A stretch of DNA of 63,383 bases from an uncultured Sulfurimonas sp. GTDB taxonomy: Bacteria > Campylobacterota > Campylobacteria > Campylobacterales > Sulfurimonadaceae. Under the pieces are notes generated by a model that worked only from the letters and a program-made list of their open reading frames with translations, did no database searches and was not told the origin of the DNA. Of this stretch, positions 38,233 through 48,517 are shown piece by piece (positions within the stretch are counted from its first letter, which is position 1; the number at the start of each line of letters is the position of its first letter). Both the position numbers and the translations under genes were made by a program. The stretch is taken from the NCBI GenBank assembly GCA_964427835.1, contig CAYRVR010000001.1, positions 1-63,383 on the forward strand, in the 5' to 3' direction.

Positions 38233-39060
38233 ATGATAAAAAGATGTTTATTTCCAGCTGCAGGATACGGTACACGGTTTTTACCTGCAACAAAGGCAAT
38301 GCCTAAAGAGATGCTGCCAATTTTAACAAAACCATTAATCCAGTATGGTGTTGAAGAGGCTTATGAAGCGGGCTGTGAAATTATGGCAACTATAACTGGT
38401 AGAGGAAAGCGTGCAATTACTGATCATTTTGATATCAGTTATGAACTTGAACATCAAATTAAGGGGACTTCTAAAGAGGAACTTTTATCGGAAATTCGTA
38501 CATTAATTTCAAAATGTACCTTTACCTATACACGTCAAAATGAGATGAAAGGTCTTGGTGATGCTATTTATAAAGGAAAAGTTCTTGTAGGAAGCAGTGC
38601 GCCATTTGCTGTTATTTTAGCAGATGACTTGTGTGTAAATCCTGATGGTGATGGCGTTTTGACACAGATGGTAAAGCTATATGCAAAATACAAATGTTCT
38701 ATTGTAGCGATTATGGAAGTTCCACAAGATCAAGTCAATAAATATGGTGTTATCTCCGGTAAAGAGATAGAAGAAGGTATTTTTATGCTTGATAATATGG
38801 TTGAAAAACCTGAGATTGAAGAAGCTCCGTCGAACCTGGCAATTATAGGGCGCTATATTTTAACACCCGATATTTTTGATTTAATTAAAAATACTAAACC
38901 TGGGAAAAATGGCGAAATCCAAATTACAGATGCGCTTCTTGAACAGGCCAGAAAAGGTATGGTCCTTGGTTATAAATTTCAAGGAAAACGTTTTGACTGT
39001 GGCTCTTTAGATGGATTTGTAGAAGCTACTAACTATTTTTACAACAATTTACAAAAATAA
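38233..39060 (+). CDS. galU: UTP-glucose-1-phosphate uridylyltransferase
   Basis: PAAGYGTRFLPATKAMPKEMLP, MVEKP, GEIQITDA. Confidence 0.95.
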   Translation: MIKRCLFPAAGYGTRFLPATKAMPKEMLPILTKPLIQYGVEEAYEAGCEIMATITGRGKRAITDHFDISYELEHQIKGTSKEELLSEIRTLISKCTFTYTRQNEMKGLGDAIYKGKVLVGSSAPFAVILADDLCVNPDGDGVLTQMVKLYAKYKCSIVAIMEVPQDQVNKYGVISGKEIEEGIFMLDNMVEKPEIEEAPSNLAIIGRYILTPDIFDLIKNTKPGKNGEIQITDALLEQARKGMVLGYKFQGKRFDCGSLDGFVEATNYFYNNLQK

Positions 39061-39074
39061 TTTTTTTGATAACC

Positions 39075-39743
39075 CTATTTTGGAAGTCCAAATTTTTGGG
39101 TTATCAACTCTCCCTCTTCATTGAAAAAAAGATAATACAGTAGATCTTTTTTTACAGATAAACCTACCAAATGCCGTAGTGCTAAATTTGCTTGGAGTGA
39201 TGCTATATGCATGACAATTGGTGCAGCAATTCCTGCAGGTGTTTTCGTAATAATTTTAAATGCATCATTAAAAGAGGATGCTTCTATAAAACAAACTTGC
39301 CCATGAAATGCTTCAACACTTCCATAAATCCATGGTGTTTTGACCTCTTTTGCATAGGTATTAATATCTCCACGTGTAGGAAGGTTGTCTGTTGCATCTA
39401 TGATTAGATCAACATTGATTCCTTTTTTCGTCCATTCTAAAAAATCACATTCATGAGCAATAGCTTTTGTATAGGGGGAACGTTCAGAAATTATTTTTGC
39501 ATTGATTTTGGCTTTGTTCTTTCCTTCATCACCTAGTTTAAAGGCAATTTGTCTATGGATATTATGTAGGCTCACTTCATCAAAATCAATAATATGAATC
39601 TCGCCAATTCCTACAGCACCTAAGGCAAATGCCAGTGAAGAGCCAAGTCCTCCAGCTCCAACGATGGCAATTTTTTTATTTTGCAGTGCTTGCTGTTTCT
39701 CTTCTCCCCAAAGTTTTACTTGACGATGAAAATATTGCATCAT
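39075..39743 (-). CDS. ThiF/MoeB/HesA family adenylyltransferase
   Basis: YFHRQ..LWG, IVGAGGLGS, DFDEVSLHNIHRQ, DATDN; no Zn-binding CxxC pairs. Confidence 0.85.
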   Translation of the reverse strand: MMQYFHRQVKLWGEEKQQALQNKKIAIVGAGGLGSSLAFALGAVGIGEIHIIDFDEVSLHNIHRQIAFKLGDEGKNKAKINAKIISERSPYTKAIAHECDFLEWTKKGINVDLIIDATDNLPTRGDINTYAKEVKTPWIYGSVEAFHGQVCFIEASSFNDAFKIITKTPAGIAAPIVMHIASLQANLALRHLVGLSVKKDLLYYLFFNEEGELITQKFGLPK

Positions 39744-39746
39744 ATT

Positions 39747-40550
39747 TTATCCTTTTTTACTACTACGTTTTTTTATAGCCTCTTTAAATCCCCATACACG
39801 TCTGGCTTGTACGGTTTGGGTATGGCTCATCTCAACTATCATAAGTTCTTCTTGGTTTCCAAGATGATTGAGTGTTTCTGCGTTTGGAGAAATTAAAAAA
39901 GAGTCACCATAAAATTTCCATTGGTACTCTTTATCATTGTACTCTCCAATACGATTTGCACGTAAGAGATAGCAACTATGGGTAAAAGCTCTTGTTGTTG
40001 CAAGTGCTTTCCATCTCTCATATGATTCAAATGTAGAGACACTTGGTAAAAGTATACAGTCTACATTTTTATATTTTAGTTTATCAAAAAATTCATCAAA
40101 ATGGAGTTCAAAACCATTCAAAATAGCAAATTTGAAGTTATCTATTTTAAATGTTAAAGGTGCTTCAATGGGTTTTATAGGATTTGCAAAATATTTTTCT
40201 TCATTCCAGTGTGCATAGTTTATAAGAATTTGTTGCTGGTAGTAGGAGGTAGATGCTGGAGAAAACTTTGCTACAGTTTTATAAATTTTCTCTTTTTTTA
40301 CAATAACGAGTGGAGCGATAATAGTGAGCTGGTATGTTGCAGCGAGTTCTTTTAAAATTTTTATCTGGTGGAGTGTCTGTTCTTTTATCATTGAAAGTGA
40401 CATCTGTTCTAATTCTTTAAAAAAAGGATTTAAAACATATTCGCCCAAAAGGATAAGCTTGACATTTTTTTTATGGGCAATTCTGATGTAGTTGTAGAGT
40501 TTTGTAGAGCTCATTCCTTGTGCATTGAGCTGGAGAACGGCTGCTATCAT
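39747..40550 (-). CDS. Carbon-nitrogen hydrolase (nitrilase-fold) family protein
   Basis: AVLQL, LLGEY, RANRIG, FYGDSFLISP; catalytic K and C positions altered. Confidence 0.8.
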   Translation of the reverse strand: MIAAVLQLNAQGMSSTKLYNYIRIAHKKNVKLILLGEYVLNPFFKELEQMSLSMIKEQTLHQIKILKELAATYQLTIIAPLVIVKKEKIYKTVAKFSPASTSYYQQQILINYAHWNEEKYFANPIKPIEAPLTFKIDNFKFAILNGFELHFDEFFDKLKYKNVDCILLPSVSTFESYERWKALATTRAFTHSCYLLRANRIGEYNDKEYQWKFYGDSFLISPNAETLNHLGNQEELMIVEMSHTQTVQARRVWGFKEAIKKRSSKKG

Positions 40551-40735
40551 TGCGCTGTTTTTATCTTTTGAATTTTTATTTGTGCCTCTTCGAGGATTTT
40601 TTGGGCTTCATTGAGTTCATTCATACCTTTTTCATAGGCTTTGACACTGTTTTCAAGTGTAATCTCAGGATCCATAAGTGTTTCTAAAATTTTTTTTGCA
40701 TTGTCTAGCTTAGTTTCAAATTTTTCTTTAGCCAT
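40547..40735 (-). CDS. xseB: Exodeoxyribonuclease VII small subunit
   Basis: FETKL...LETL..PEITLENSVKAYEKGM; start 40735 preferred. Confidence 0.85.
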   Translation of the reverse strand: MAKEKFETKLDNAKKILETLMDPEITLENSVKAYEKGMNELNEAQKILEEAQIKIQKIKTAQ

Positions 40736-41834
40736 TGAGTACATCCTTTACGTAATCTTCAAATTTATCAAGTTCAACCAAAAACGCGTCATGTCCATAG
40801 TCACTGTCGATATCTACATAGTTATAATTTTTATTATTTATTTTTTTGAGTTCATTTGCCATCTCTTGCATTTCAAAGTTTTTAAATAAGATGTCATTTT
40901 TAAAACTTACAAGATGTAACTCTGCTGTAATACGTTTGAGTGATTCAGAGAGTGAGTCAAAACCGCGTGAGAGATCATAGATATTGATCGCTTTGGTAAT
41001 GTAAAGATACGCAAGTGGATCAAACCATTTTGTGAAATTATATCCATTATACTCGAGGTAAGATTCAACTTGAAATTTTCCAAAGAGCTCATACAGTCCA
41101 TCTGTAAGTTTGTAATCTCTTCCAAATTTTTCCCGCATTGACTCATGGGAAAGAAAACTTATATGTCCTGCCATACGTCCAACAGCCATTCCAGAGAGCC
41201 CTTGTTCTTTAAGTACTTGTGGATCATAATAACCTTGTTGGAAGTCAGGATCGTTAAGTATGGATTCTTGTGCTACTTTATTAAACGCAATGGCCCAGGG
41301 TTGTGTTGCATGTGTTGTAGCAAGTGCAATGATTTTATTTGCAAAATTTGGATAATGTATGGCAAACTGTAGTGCTTGCATCCCTCCCATTGAGCCACCG
41401 ACAATAGCATGAACTCTATGGATATCTAAACGATCAAACAAAATACGTTGTGCTTTTACCATATCTTTTATGCTTACAACAGGAAACTTGTAGCGGTATG
41501 GTTCCTGATAAGGGTGCTGCATACTCATAGGACCTGTTGAACCAAAACAACTTCCTATAACATTAGAGCAAATAACGAAATATTTATCTGTATCGATGGC
41601 TTTTTGTGGGCCTATAAAGCCATCCCACCAGCCTGGTTTACTCTCATTTTCATAAAAACCTGCAGCATGGTGTGAACCTGTCAGTGCATGACAAACTACA
41701 ACTACATTGCTTTTATCCTCATTGAGTGTACCATATGTTTCATAGATAATATCATAAGGTTCTAAAATACGCCCACTCTCTAAATAGAGGGGATTTGTAA
41801 AGTGTTCCGTATATGTTTGTAAATTTAATGACAA
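40728..41834 (-). CDS. metX: Homoserine O-acetyltransferase
   Basis: VCHALTG, GWWD, GGSMGGMQAL, YGHDAFL. Confidence 0.93.
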   Translation of the reverse strand: MSLNLQTYTEHFTNPLYLESGRILEPYDIIYETYGTLNEDKSNVVVVCHALTGSHHAAGFYENESKPGWWDGFIGPQKAIDTDKYFVICSNVIGSCFGSTGPMSMQHPYQEPYRYKFPVVSIKDMVKAQRILFDRLDIHRVHAIVGGSMGGMQALQFAIHYPNFANKIIALATTHATQPWAIAFNKVAQESILNDPDFQQGYYDPQVLKEQGLSGMAVGRMAGHISFLSHESMREKFGRDYKLTDGLYELFGKFQVESYLEYNGYNFTKWFDPLAYLYITKAINIYDLSRGFDSLSESLKRITAELHLVSFKNDILFKNFEMQEMANELKKINNKNYNYVDIDSDYGHDAFLVELDKFEDYVKDVLNG

Positions 41835-41886
41835 CGCTATATAGCTCCAAAAATAGTTAATGACATTTTAGCAAAAATCTCTTGTG

Positions 41887-43152
41887 TTAGGCTTCAAGAG
41901 CCTGTTTTAAATCTTCTATTAAATCTTTAGCACTCTCTAAGCCACATGAAATTCGGATAAGCCCCTGCGGAACACCACAAGCTTGTAACTCCTCTGTTGA
42001 GAGTTGTTGGTGTGTTGTTGAAGCAGGATGGGTGATGATAGATTTTGAATCACCAATATTTACAACAAGAGAGTAGAGTTTCGTTGCGTTTACAATTTTT
42101 TCTGCTTCTTCTAAAGATGATACCTCAAAACTTAGCAGACCACTACAGAGCCCATCTTTAAAATATTTTTGTGCATTTTTATAGTTTTGATTACTGCTAA
42201 GACCAGGATAATTTACCTTTTTTACTTTTTCGTGTGATTCTAAAAACTGCGCAAGAGCGAGAGCATTTTTGGAATGTTCTTTCATTCTCAATGCAAGTGT
42301 TTCTAATCCTTGAATAAAGAGCCAAGAGTTAAAAGGCGAGACAACACTTCCTAAATCACGTAGTAGAGAGAGTCTTGCCCGAAGAGTAAAAGGAGGTAAT
42401 CCAACTTCTGTATAGACAAGTCCATGATATGAAGCGTCAGGGGTATTAAAGTGTTCATAGCGAGGATTATTACGTAATTTTTCTACAAGGTTCTTTCTCT
42501 CGACAAGGATTCCACCTATTGCCAAGCCTTGACCGGTTGTGTATTTACTAGCGCTATGGACTGTAATATCTACTCCAAAATCAAAAGGAGAACAAATGGC
42601 AGGAGTCGCAACTGTATTGTCAACAATGGTAAGAATGTTGTATCTGTTTGCAATAGCTGTAATCGCTTCAATATCAGCAACATCAATACTTGGATTTGTA
42701 AGAGATTCAAAAAAGATTACTCTTGTTTTATCATCTATAAGATTTTCAATTTCTTCTGGATTATGCACATCAAAAAATCTTGCTTCTATACCAAAACGCT
42801 TGAGTGTATGTGCACTTAATGTGAGGCTTCCTCCATAGAGTTGTTTTGCACAAATGATATTTTCTCCAGCTTGTGCTGCGTTTACAATAGCAAAGAAAAT
42901 TGCACTCATTCCACTTGCTGTAGCTATTGCTGCTTCACCTTTTTCCATTGCTGCAAAACGCTTTTCAAATACATCTGTAGTTGGATTGTTAAGACGAGTA
43001 TAGATATTTCCAAGTTCTTTGAGTGCAAAGAGATCTGCAGCATGCTGTACATTTTTAAACTCATATGCTGTTGTTTGGTAAATTGGAACCGCCATTGTCC
43101 CTTGTTCATCTTTATCATATCCTGCATGGAGGGCTAAAGTTTGTAAATCCAT
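41887..43152 (-). CDS. metY: O-acetylhomoserine sulfhydrylase
   Basis: VPIYQTTAY, NIYTRLNNPT, HSASKY, NIGDSKS.ITHPASTTHQQL. Confidence 0.92.
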   Translation of the reverse strand: MDLQTLALHAGYDKDEQGTMAVPIYQTTAYEFKNVQHAADLFALKELGNIYTRLNNPTTDVFEKRFAAMEKGEAAIATASGMSAIFFAIVNAAQAGENIICAKQLYGGSLTLSAHTLKRFGIEARFFDVHNPEEIENLIDDKTRVIFFESLTNPSIDVADIEAITAIANRYNILTIVDNTVATPAICSPFDFGVDITVHSASKYTTGQGLAIGGILVERKNLVEKLRNNPRYEHFNTPDASYHGLVYTEVGLPPFTLRARLSLLRDLGSVVSPFNSWLFIQGLETLALRMKEHSKNALALAQFLESHEKVKKVNYPGLSSNQNYKNAQKYFKDGLCSGLLSFEVSSLEEAEKIVNATKLYSLVVNIGDSKSIITHPASTTHQQLSTEELQACGVPQGLIRISCGLESAKDLIEDLKQALEA

Positions 43153-43154
43153 TT

Positions 43155-43619
43155 TTATACCTTGTTATTTTTAATTTCTAATGTATCATGTTGTAATGTT
43201 TGGAGAAATTCCAAAATATTTTTTTGATATGCGAGTGTATCATCATCATAAGTATGTTCTAAAAAAGCTTTGAGTGCATCAACATCAATTTTTTTTGCAT
43301 ACCGTGGTGCGGCCCTAAGGTCATGCAAAATACTTTGTATAAGTGAGTCAATACCAAGACCATTATTCTCTTTTACTTTATTTACAAGCTCTTTTGTTGA
43401 AAGGAGTAAGAGATTTGCACGGTCAGTGTCATTGTTGTATATTTTAAGAGCTTGTTGTTTTACAATAATAAAGTTTTCAACAGTGGCATCTTCATTGACT
43501 GCGATCATTAAAGCATAGAGCTTTGCACGAAAAGCCAAAGAACCATGGTGGTGGACAAATAGTTCTCTAAAAGCATTATAAAAGTAATGTTTTATTCTAA
43601 ATCCCAGTTTCATCACCAT
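43155..43619 (-). CDS. Hypothetical protein (possibly TerB-like helical fold)
   Basis: AAGGA RBS; 2 nt upstream of metY; fold is a weak guess. Confidence 0.55.
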   Translation of the reverse strand: MVMKLGFRIKHYFYNAFRELFVHHHGSLAFRAKLYALMIAVNEDATVENFIIVKQQALKIYNNDTDRANLLLLSTKELVNKVKENNGLGIDSLIQSILHDLRAAPRYAKKIDVDALKAFLEHTYDDDTLAYQKNILEFLQTLQHDTLEIKNNKV

Positions 43620-43692
43620 TCCTTATGCGGTATTATACATCTAAATGGTATAATTTCAAAAATAAATTTTATATGACTAAAGGACAAATCGT

Positions 43693-44403
43693 ATGGGTAG
43701 AGCATTTGAATATAGAAAAGCTTCAAAATTAAAAAGATGGGGTGCAATGTCAAAGTTGTTTCCAAAATTAGGTAAAGTGATTACAATGGCAGCAAAAGAG
43801 GGTGGAACTGACCCTGATATGAATGCTAAATTAAGAACTGCCATACTTAATGCTAAAGCTGAAAATATGCCTAAGGATAACATTGAAGCTGCTATAAAAC
43901 GGGCTACTGCAAAAGATTTAAGTGATGTCAAAGAGGTTAACTTTGAAGGAAAAGCACCTCATGGAGTACTTCTTTTTATAGAGTGTGCTACAGATAACAA
44001 TACACGTACAGTTGCAAATGTAAAAAGTATTCTTAATAAAAATGGTGGAGAGTTGCTTACAAATGGATCTTTAGAATTTATGTTTTCACGTAAAGCTCTT
44101 TTTGAATTTGCTCAAACTGATGATATGGATCTTGAGGAGTTAGAACTTGAACTTATCGATGCTGGTCTTGAAGAGATTGAAGCAGAAGAGGGTATTGTTC
44201 TTGTCACTGCTGATTATACGAGCTTTGGTACGATGAATGAGGCACTTGAAAAAATGGGTATAGAAATTACAAAAGCAACACTTGAAAGAATTGCAAACAC
44301 TCCGATTGAAATTTCCGAAGAAGAACATGCCGATGTGGATAAAATTCTAGAAAGATTAGAAGATGATGAAGATGTGCAAAAGGTTTATACAAACCTTGCA
44401 TAA
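43693..44403 (+). CDS. yebC: YebC/PmpR family protein
   Basis: [41 protein letters not shown]. Confidence 0.93.
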   Translation: MGRAFEYRKASKLKRWGAMSKLFPKLGKVITMAAKEGGTDPDMNAKLRTAILNAKAENMPKDNIEAAIKRATAKDLSDVKEVNFEGKAPHGVLLFIECATDNNTRTVANVKSILNKNGGELLTNGSLEFMFSRKALFEFAQTDDMDLEELELELIDAGLEEIEAEEGIVLVTADYTSFGTMNEALEKMGIEITKATLERIANTPIEISEEEHADVDKILERLEDDEDVQKVYTNLA

Positions 44404-44975
44404 TGCAAATTGTTAAAGAAGAATTTTTTAGAACATTTGAAGTAAAAAAATCAAAGTTTATTGCGCATATTGTTCCTTATGAACTCTATGAGCAAACACT
44501 GCTGCGTTTAAGAGAAGAACATCCAAAAGCAAGACACTTTGTACGAGCATACCGTTATCTTAATGAGTATGAACAGATTGTTGAATATATAAATGATGAT
44601 GGTGAACCGAGTGGAACTTCTGCAAAACCTGCTTTAATGGTTTTGCAGGGAGAAAAACTGATTAATGTTGCTGTTATAATAGTGCGCTACTTTGGTGGCA
44701 TAAAACTTGGAACAGGTGGACTGGCACGTGCGTATGGGAGTGCATTAAATTCGCTCTTAGAAATAGTGCCAAGTACTCCTTATGAAAAAGAGATGCAACG
44801 GAGCATTCTCTTTGACTATAGTAATGTACGCTTAGTAGAGTACGAGTGTGAAAAATTTTCTATAGTAATTTGTGAAAAGTCATTTGATACAAAAGTGCTC
44901 TATCTTCTACAAGGAACAAAGGAAAAAATTGAAAAGCTTCTCTTTTCTTTGGAAAGAAAAGTAGAAGTGAGCTAA
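44403..44975 (+). CDS. yigZ: YigZ/IMPACT family protein
   Basis: VKKSKFIA, HPKARH, DDGEPSGT, RYFGGIKLGTGGL.RAY. Confidence 0.92.
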   Translation: MQIVKEEFFRTFEVKKSKFIAHIVPYELYEQTLLRLREEHPKARHFVRAYRYLNEYEQIVEYINDDGEPSGTSAKPALMVLQGEKLINVAVIIVRYFGGIKLGTGGLARAYGSALNSLLEIVPSTPYEKEMQRSILFDYSNVRLVEYECEKFSIVICEKSFDTKVLYLLQGTKEKIEKLLFSLERKVEVS

Positions 44976-44978
44976 TAA

Positions 44979-46226
44979 CTATTGTCTTCCCTGTACAGCA
45001 TTTCCCATATCCCACATTGGTAAGAAAATACCAAGAGCTAGTAAAATAACCATAGAAGCGATTATAAGCAGCATTATAGGTTCAATAGCTTCACTTAATC
45101 CGTCAATGATAGCATCAAAACGCATTTTATAATACTCAGCAACTTTTTTAATCATGGTATCAAGTGTACCACTGTCTTCACCTGCACGTATCATTTGAAT
45201 AATCATATTTTCAAAAAGTCCTGTCTCTTCAAGACCTTTATTGAGTGTTCCACCTTTTTCAACAGTATAACGAACTGAAAGAAGCTTCTTTTTTAAAGGT
45301 AAGTTGTCAATCATAGAAATTGAGGTATCAAGAGCTTCTGCAATGGGAATACCCGCACGAATAAGCTCCGAAAATACGAGTGTAAAACGACTGAGTGTTG
45401 CAAATTTGATAATGTTTTTAATAAGATAGACTTTTAACAAAAATTTATGCCAACTATAGCGAATATTTTCATTATTTGTAATGGCATAATTAAAAGCTAC
45501 ATAAGATAAAAATAAAATAGCCAGAACATAAGGACCAAAATTATTAAAAATATATTCTAGTTTTAAAAGAATGAGTGTTGGCAATGGTAAATGTGCATGT
45601 AGTTCTTCAAATATTGCTTTAAATTGAGGAACAACATAAGAAATTAAAACTGTAAACGCAACAGCCATAGCTATCATGACATTTCTTGGATAGGCCATTG
45701 CTTTTTTAAATTTAATTACATTGGCACGGATCTCTTCTAGCATATCAGCAAGAGAATAGAGCGCTTCATCGAGATTACCCGTTTTTTCTCCAAGCTGTAC
45801 CATTGCAATAGTAAGATTTCCAAGTTCAAAACGAAAATTTTCCATAGCAGATGAGAGAGAGTGACCAGAGTTAATATCATCTGCTATTTTTGAAAAAACT
45901 GTCTTGAGTGTTTCATCATTTGTTGCATTTGCAATTTCATGGAGTGAATCGTGAATAGAGATTCCGGCATTGGTCATAACGGCTAGTTGTCTGATTGCAG
46001 CGATAAGAGAATCAGGTTTGATCTTTTTCTTTTTAATATTTGAGAGTAAATTAGTTTTAAATCTTTTGAGTTGTGCTTCTAAAGGCTCCTGTCCTTCTGT
46101 TACTTTTATGATAATACCAGTAAACTTTAATTTGGCATATTTATTTGCTTCTTTTCTATCTTCAGCATATAAACCAAATTCTTCTTTTTTCCCTTTTGTA
46201 AGGACTGTTGCTATAAAATATTTCAT
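44979..46226 (-). CDS. Type II/IV secretion inner-membrane platform (GspF/PilC/CtsF)
   Basis: RQLAVM..AG, GEKTGNLD, AMAYP, GEDSGTLD, IEP..IFLPM. Confidence 0.9.
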   Translation of the reverse strand: MKYFIATVLTKGKKEEFGLYAEDRKEANKYAKLKFTGIIIKVTEGQEPLEAQLKRFKTNLLSNIKKKKIKPDSLIAAIRQLAVMTNAGISIHDSLHEIANATNDETLKTVFSKIADDINSGHSLSSAMENFRFELGNLTIAMVQLGEKTGNLDEALYSLADMLEEIRANVIKFKKAMAYPRNVMIAMAVAFTVLISYVVPQFKAIFEELHAHLPLPTLILLKLEYIFNNFGPYVLAILFLSYVAFNYAITNNENIRYSWHKFLLKVYLIKNIIKFATLSRFTLVFSELIRAGIPIAEALDTSISMIDNLPLKKKLLSVRYTVEKGGTLNKGLEETGLFENMIIQMIRAGEDSGTLDTMIKKVAEYYKMRFDAIIDGLSEAIEPIMLLIIASMVILLALGIFLPMWDMGNAVQGRQ

Positions 46227-47959
46227 CCTTTTGCCACCTTTAAAACTTCTTCAATACTGGTAATTCCATCGATCGCTTTTTGTAATCCATTTTGAAAAAT
46301 TGGTATAAAACCTTCTTTTTTCGCTTGTGCTAAAAGCTGCTCTTTTGAACCACCTTTTGCTATAATAGAGGAAATTTCTTCAGAAATATTTAAAACCTCA
46401 CAAATCATTTCTCGACCCATATAGCCCGTTCCTCCACATTCTCGGCAACCTTTTCCCTTGTAGAAAACTGTTCCCTCAGGCACAGCATTATGAATTTCTT
46501 CTAAAACAGACGCAGAAAGTTCATCCTCAACCTTGCAGTGCACGCAGATTTTTCTTACAAGTCGTTGGGCTTGAATGGCCACAAGTGCACCACTGATGAG
46601 GTAGTGTTCTATACCCATATCTGCCATACGAGGAATTGCACTAATAGAATCATTTGTATGGAGAGTTGAAATTACCATATGTCCTGTTAGAGCAGCTTTT
46701 ATGGCAATTTCTAAAGTTTCTTGGTCACGAATTTCCCCGATCATAATTTTATCTGGATCTTGACGTAAAATAGAACGTAATGCATCTGCAAAACTTAATC
46801 CAACTTTTGCGTTTACCTGAACTTGTTGGATAAGGTTCATTCTATATTCTACAGGATCTTCAACAGTAATGACTTTGTCTTCAACATTTCTGAGTTCATT
46901 GAGAGCACCATAGAGCGTTGTTGTTTTACCACTTCCCGTTGGACCAGTAACTAAAATAATACCATATGGTGCTTGTAAACCTTTGAGCAGTTTTTTATAG
47001 CTGAGGCTATCCATTCCGGCATCTTCTAATTTTACAAGTGCTTTTTGCTTATCAAGCACACGCATAACAATAGATTCCCCATAAAGAATTGGGAGTGTGG
47101 AAATACGAAAGTCGAATTCTCGACTGCCAACGGCCGTAGAAAAACGTCCATCTTGTGGTTTTCTCTTCTCAGCAATATCAAGGTTTGCAAGAAGTTTTAA
47201 TCGTGATGCTAATGGCGGATAGATATCTTTTTCAAAAATGAACATCTCAGTAAGTTTTCCATCTATACGCCCACGGACAACACAGTTTTTTTCAGTAGGT
47301 TCTATGTGAATATCACTAGCTCGCCCATTAATACAGGTTTTTAGGACAACATCTATAAGCATTAAAACGGAGGAAGCTTCTTGTTGTTCTTCTATTGAAC
47401 TAATAGAATTGAGCTCATCACGTATTTTAGATATAAGTCCTTTAACACTGTCTTTGAGCTCAATTTTATATAAATATGTAGAAATTTGTTTTTTTGTAGC
47501 TAATGCAATTTTTACTATTTTCCGTGGAAAGAGTCTTTGTATTGCTTCTTGTGCATCAATATTGAGTGGATCATTAAACGCAACTGTTATACTCATATCA
47601 TCTTGCGATATTGGAATAGCATTGTGCTTTTGTAATTGAGCAAGTGGTACAAGACTTGTTAAATTATAATCCATATCTATAGCATCTAGGTCGACAAACA
47701 TAAGATTGAGCTCATCTGCAAGCTTTTCTAATACGGCTTTTTCTTGTATATAATCATAATTATCGATTATGGAAAGATTATAGACACCATCTCTAACTTG
47801 CTGGACAATAAATCGGATGAGTCTATCCATAGTCATAAATCCAGAGAGAGTGATATCTCTTAGAATGAGATTTTCACTGATTCCTTTTGCTAGAAGTCTG
47901 TCAACTTGTGACTTCATTATGGAACCATTATTGAGTAGATCTGTTGTTATTCTATCCAT
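46223..47959 (-). CDS. Type II/IV assembly ATPase (GspE/PilB/CtsE)
   Basis: ASDIHIEP, PQDGR, GPTGSGKTTTLY, TVEDPVEY, LRQDPD, Zn motif C..C/C..C. Confidence 0.92.
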   Translation of the reverse strand: MDRITTDLLNNGSIMKSQVDRLLAKGISENLILRDITLSGFMTMDRLIRFIVQQVRDGVYNLSIIDNYDYIQEKAVLEKLADELNLMFVDLDAIDMDYNLTSLVPLAQLQKHNAIPISQDDMSITVAFNDPLNIDAQEAIQRLFPRKIVKIALATKKQISTYLYKIELKDSVKGLISKIRDELNSISSIEEQQEASSVLMLIDVVLKTCINGRASDIHIEPTEKNCVVRGRIDGKLTEMFIFEKDIYPPLASRLKLLANLDIAEKRKPQDGRFSTAVGSREFDFRISTLPILYGESIVMRVLDKQKALVKLEDAGMDSLSYKKLLKGLQAPYGIILVTGPTGSGKTTTLYGALNELRNVEDKVITVEDPVEYRMNLIQQVQVNAKVGLSFADALRSILRQDPDKIMIGEIRDQETLEIAIKAALTGHMVISTLHTNDSISAIPRMADMGIEHYLISGALVAIQAQRLVRKICVHCKVEDELSASVLEEIHNAVPEGTVFYKGKGCRECGGTGYMGREMICEVLNISEEISSIIAKGGSKEQLLAQAKKEGFIPIFQNGLQKAIDGITSIEEVLKVAKG

Positions 47960-47968
47960 GTATAAATC

Positions 47969-48517
47969 CTACCAATATATATGACGTTTTACTTTAATTG
48001 TATCATAATACTCTTCAATAACCATTTTATCAATATTATTATCTTTAATGGTATAAAGTTTATAAATAATACTTTTATTATCAGGATCTTGTAAAATATA
48101 GAACTCTTTTTGTTTATGTTTTGGAAGTTGTGAATAAAGATCAAAAACTTTTGAAAGAACATAAGTAGTTGTTGGAAATTTGAATTTTGAAAGGTCATAA
48201 CCATCTAAAAGTGAATGATATAAGAGCTTTTTTTGCATTAAAATAGTTGCAAAGTAGGCAGAATTTTCTCTTGCTTCTTTAGAAAACTTTAGGGTTGCAA
48301 TGGGCTGTGCAAGCCGATCTATATAGTCAGATTTTAGACAGGAAAAACCATAGAGAGACGCATACTGTGCATCTCGTTTAAACTTTTTAAAGTAATCATA
48401 TCCCATTGTACAGGCTTTTTGGTATTGACGTGTTTTGTAAAGTTGGAACATTTTGTATTTTGCATCTGCGTGCAGATAAATGGAAAAGATGAAAAATAGT
48501 AGAAGAGTTAGTTTCAT
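47969..48517 (-). CDS. Exported hypothetical protein in the T2S/T4P operon
   Basis: Signal peptide; ATGA overlap with the upstream gene. Confidence 0.65.
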   Translation of the reverse strand: MKLTLLLFFIFSIYLHADAKYKMFQLYKTRQYQKACTMGYDYFKKFKRDAQYASLYGFSCLKSDYIDRLAQPIATLKFSKEARENSAYFATILMQKKLLYHSLLDGYDLSKFKFPTTTYVLSKVFDLYSQLPKHKQKEFYILQDPDNKSIIYKLYTIKDNNIDKMVIEEYYDTIKVKRHIYW

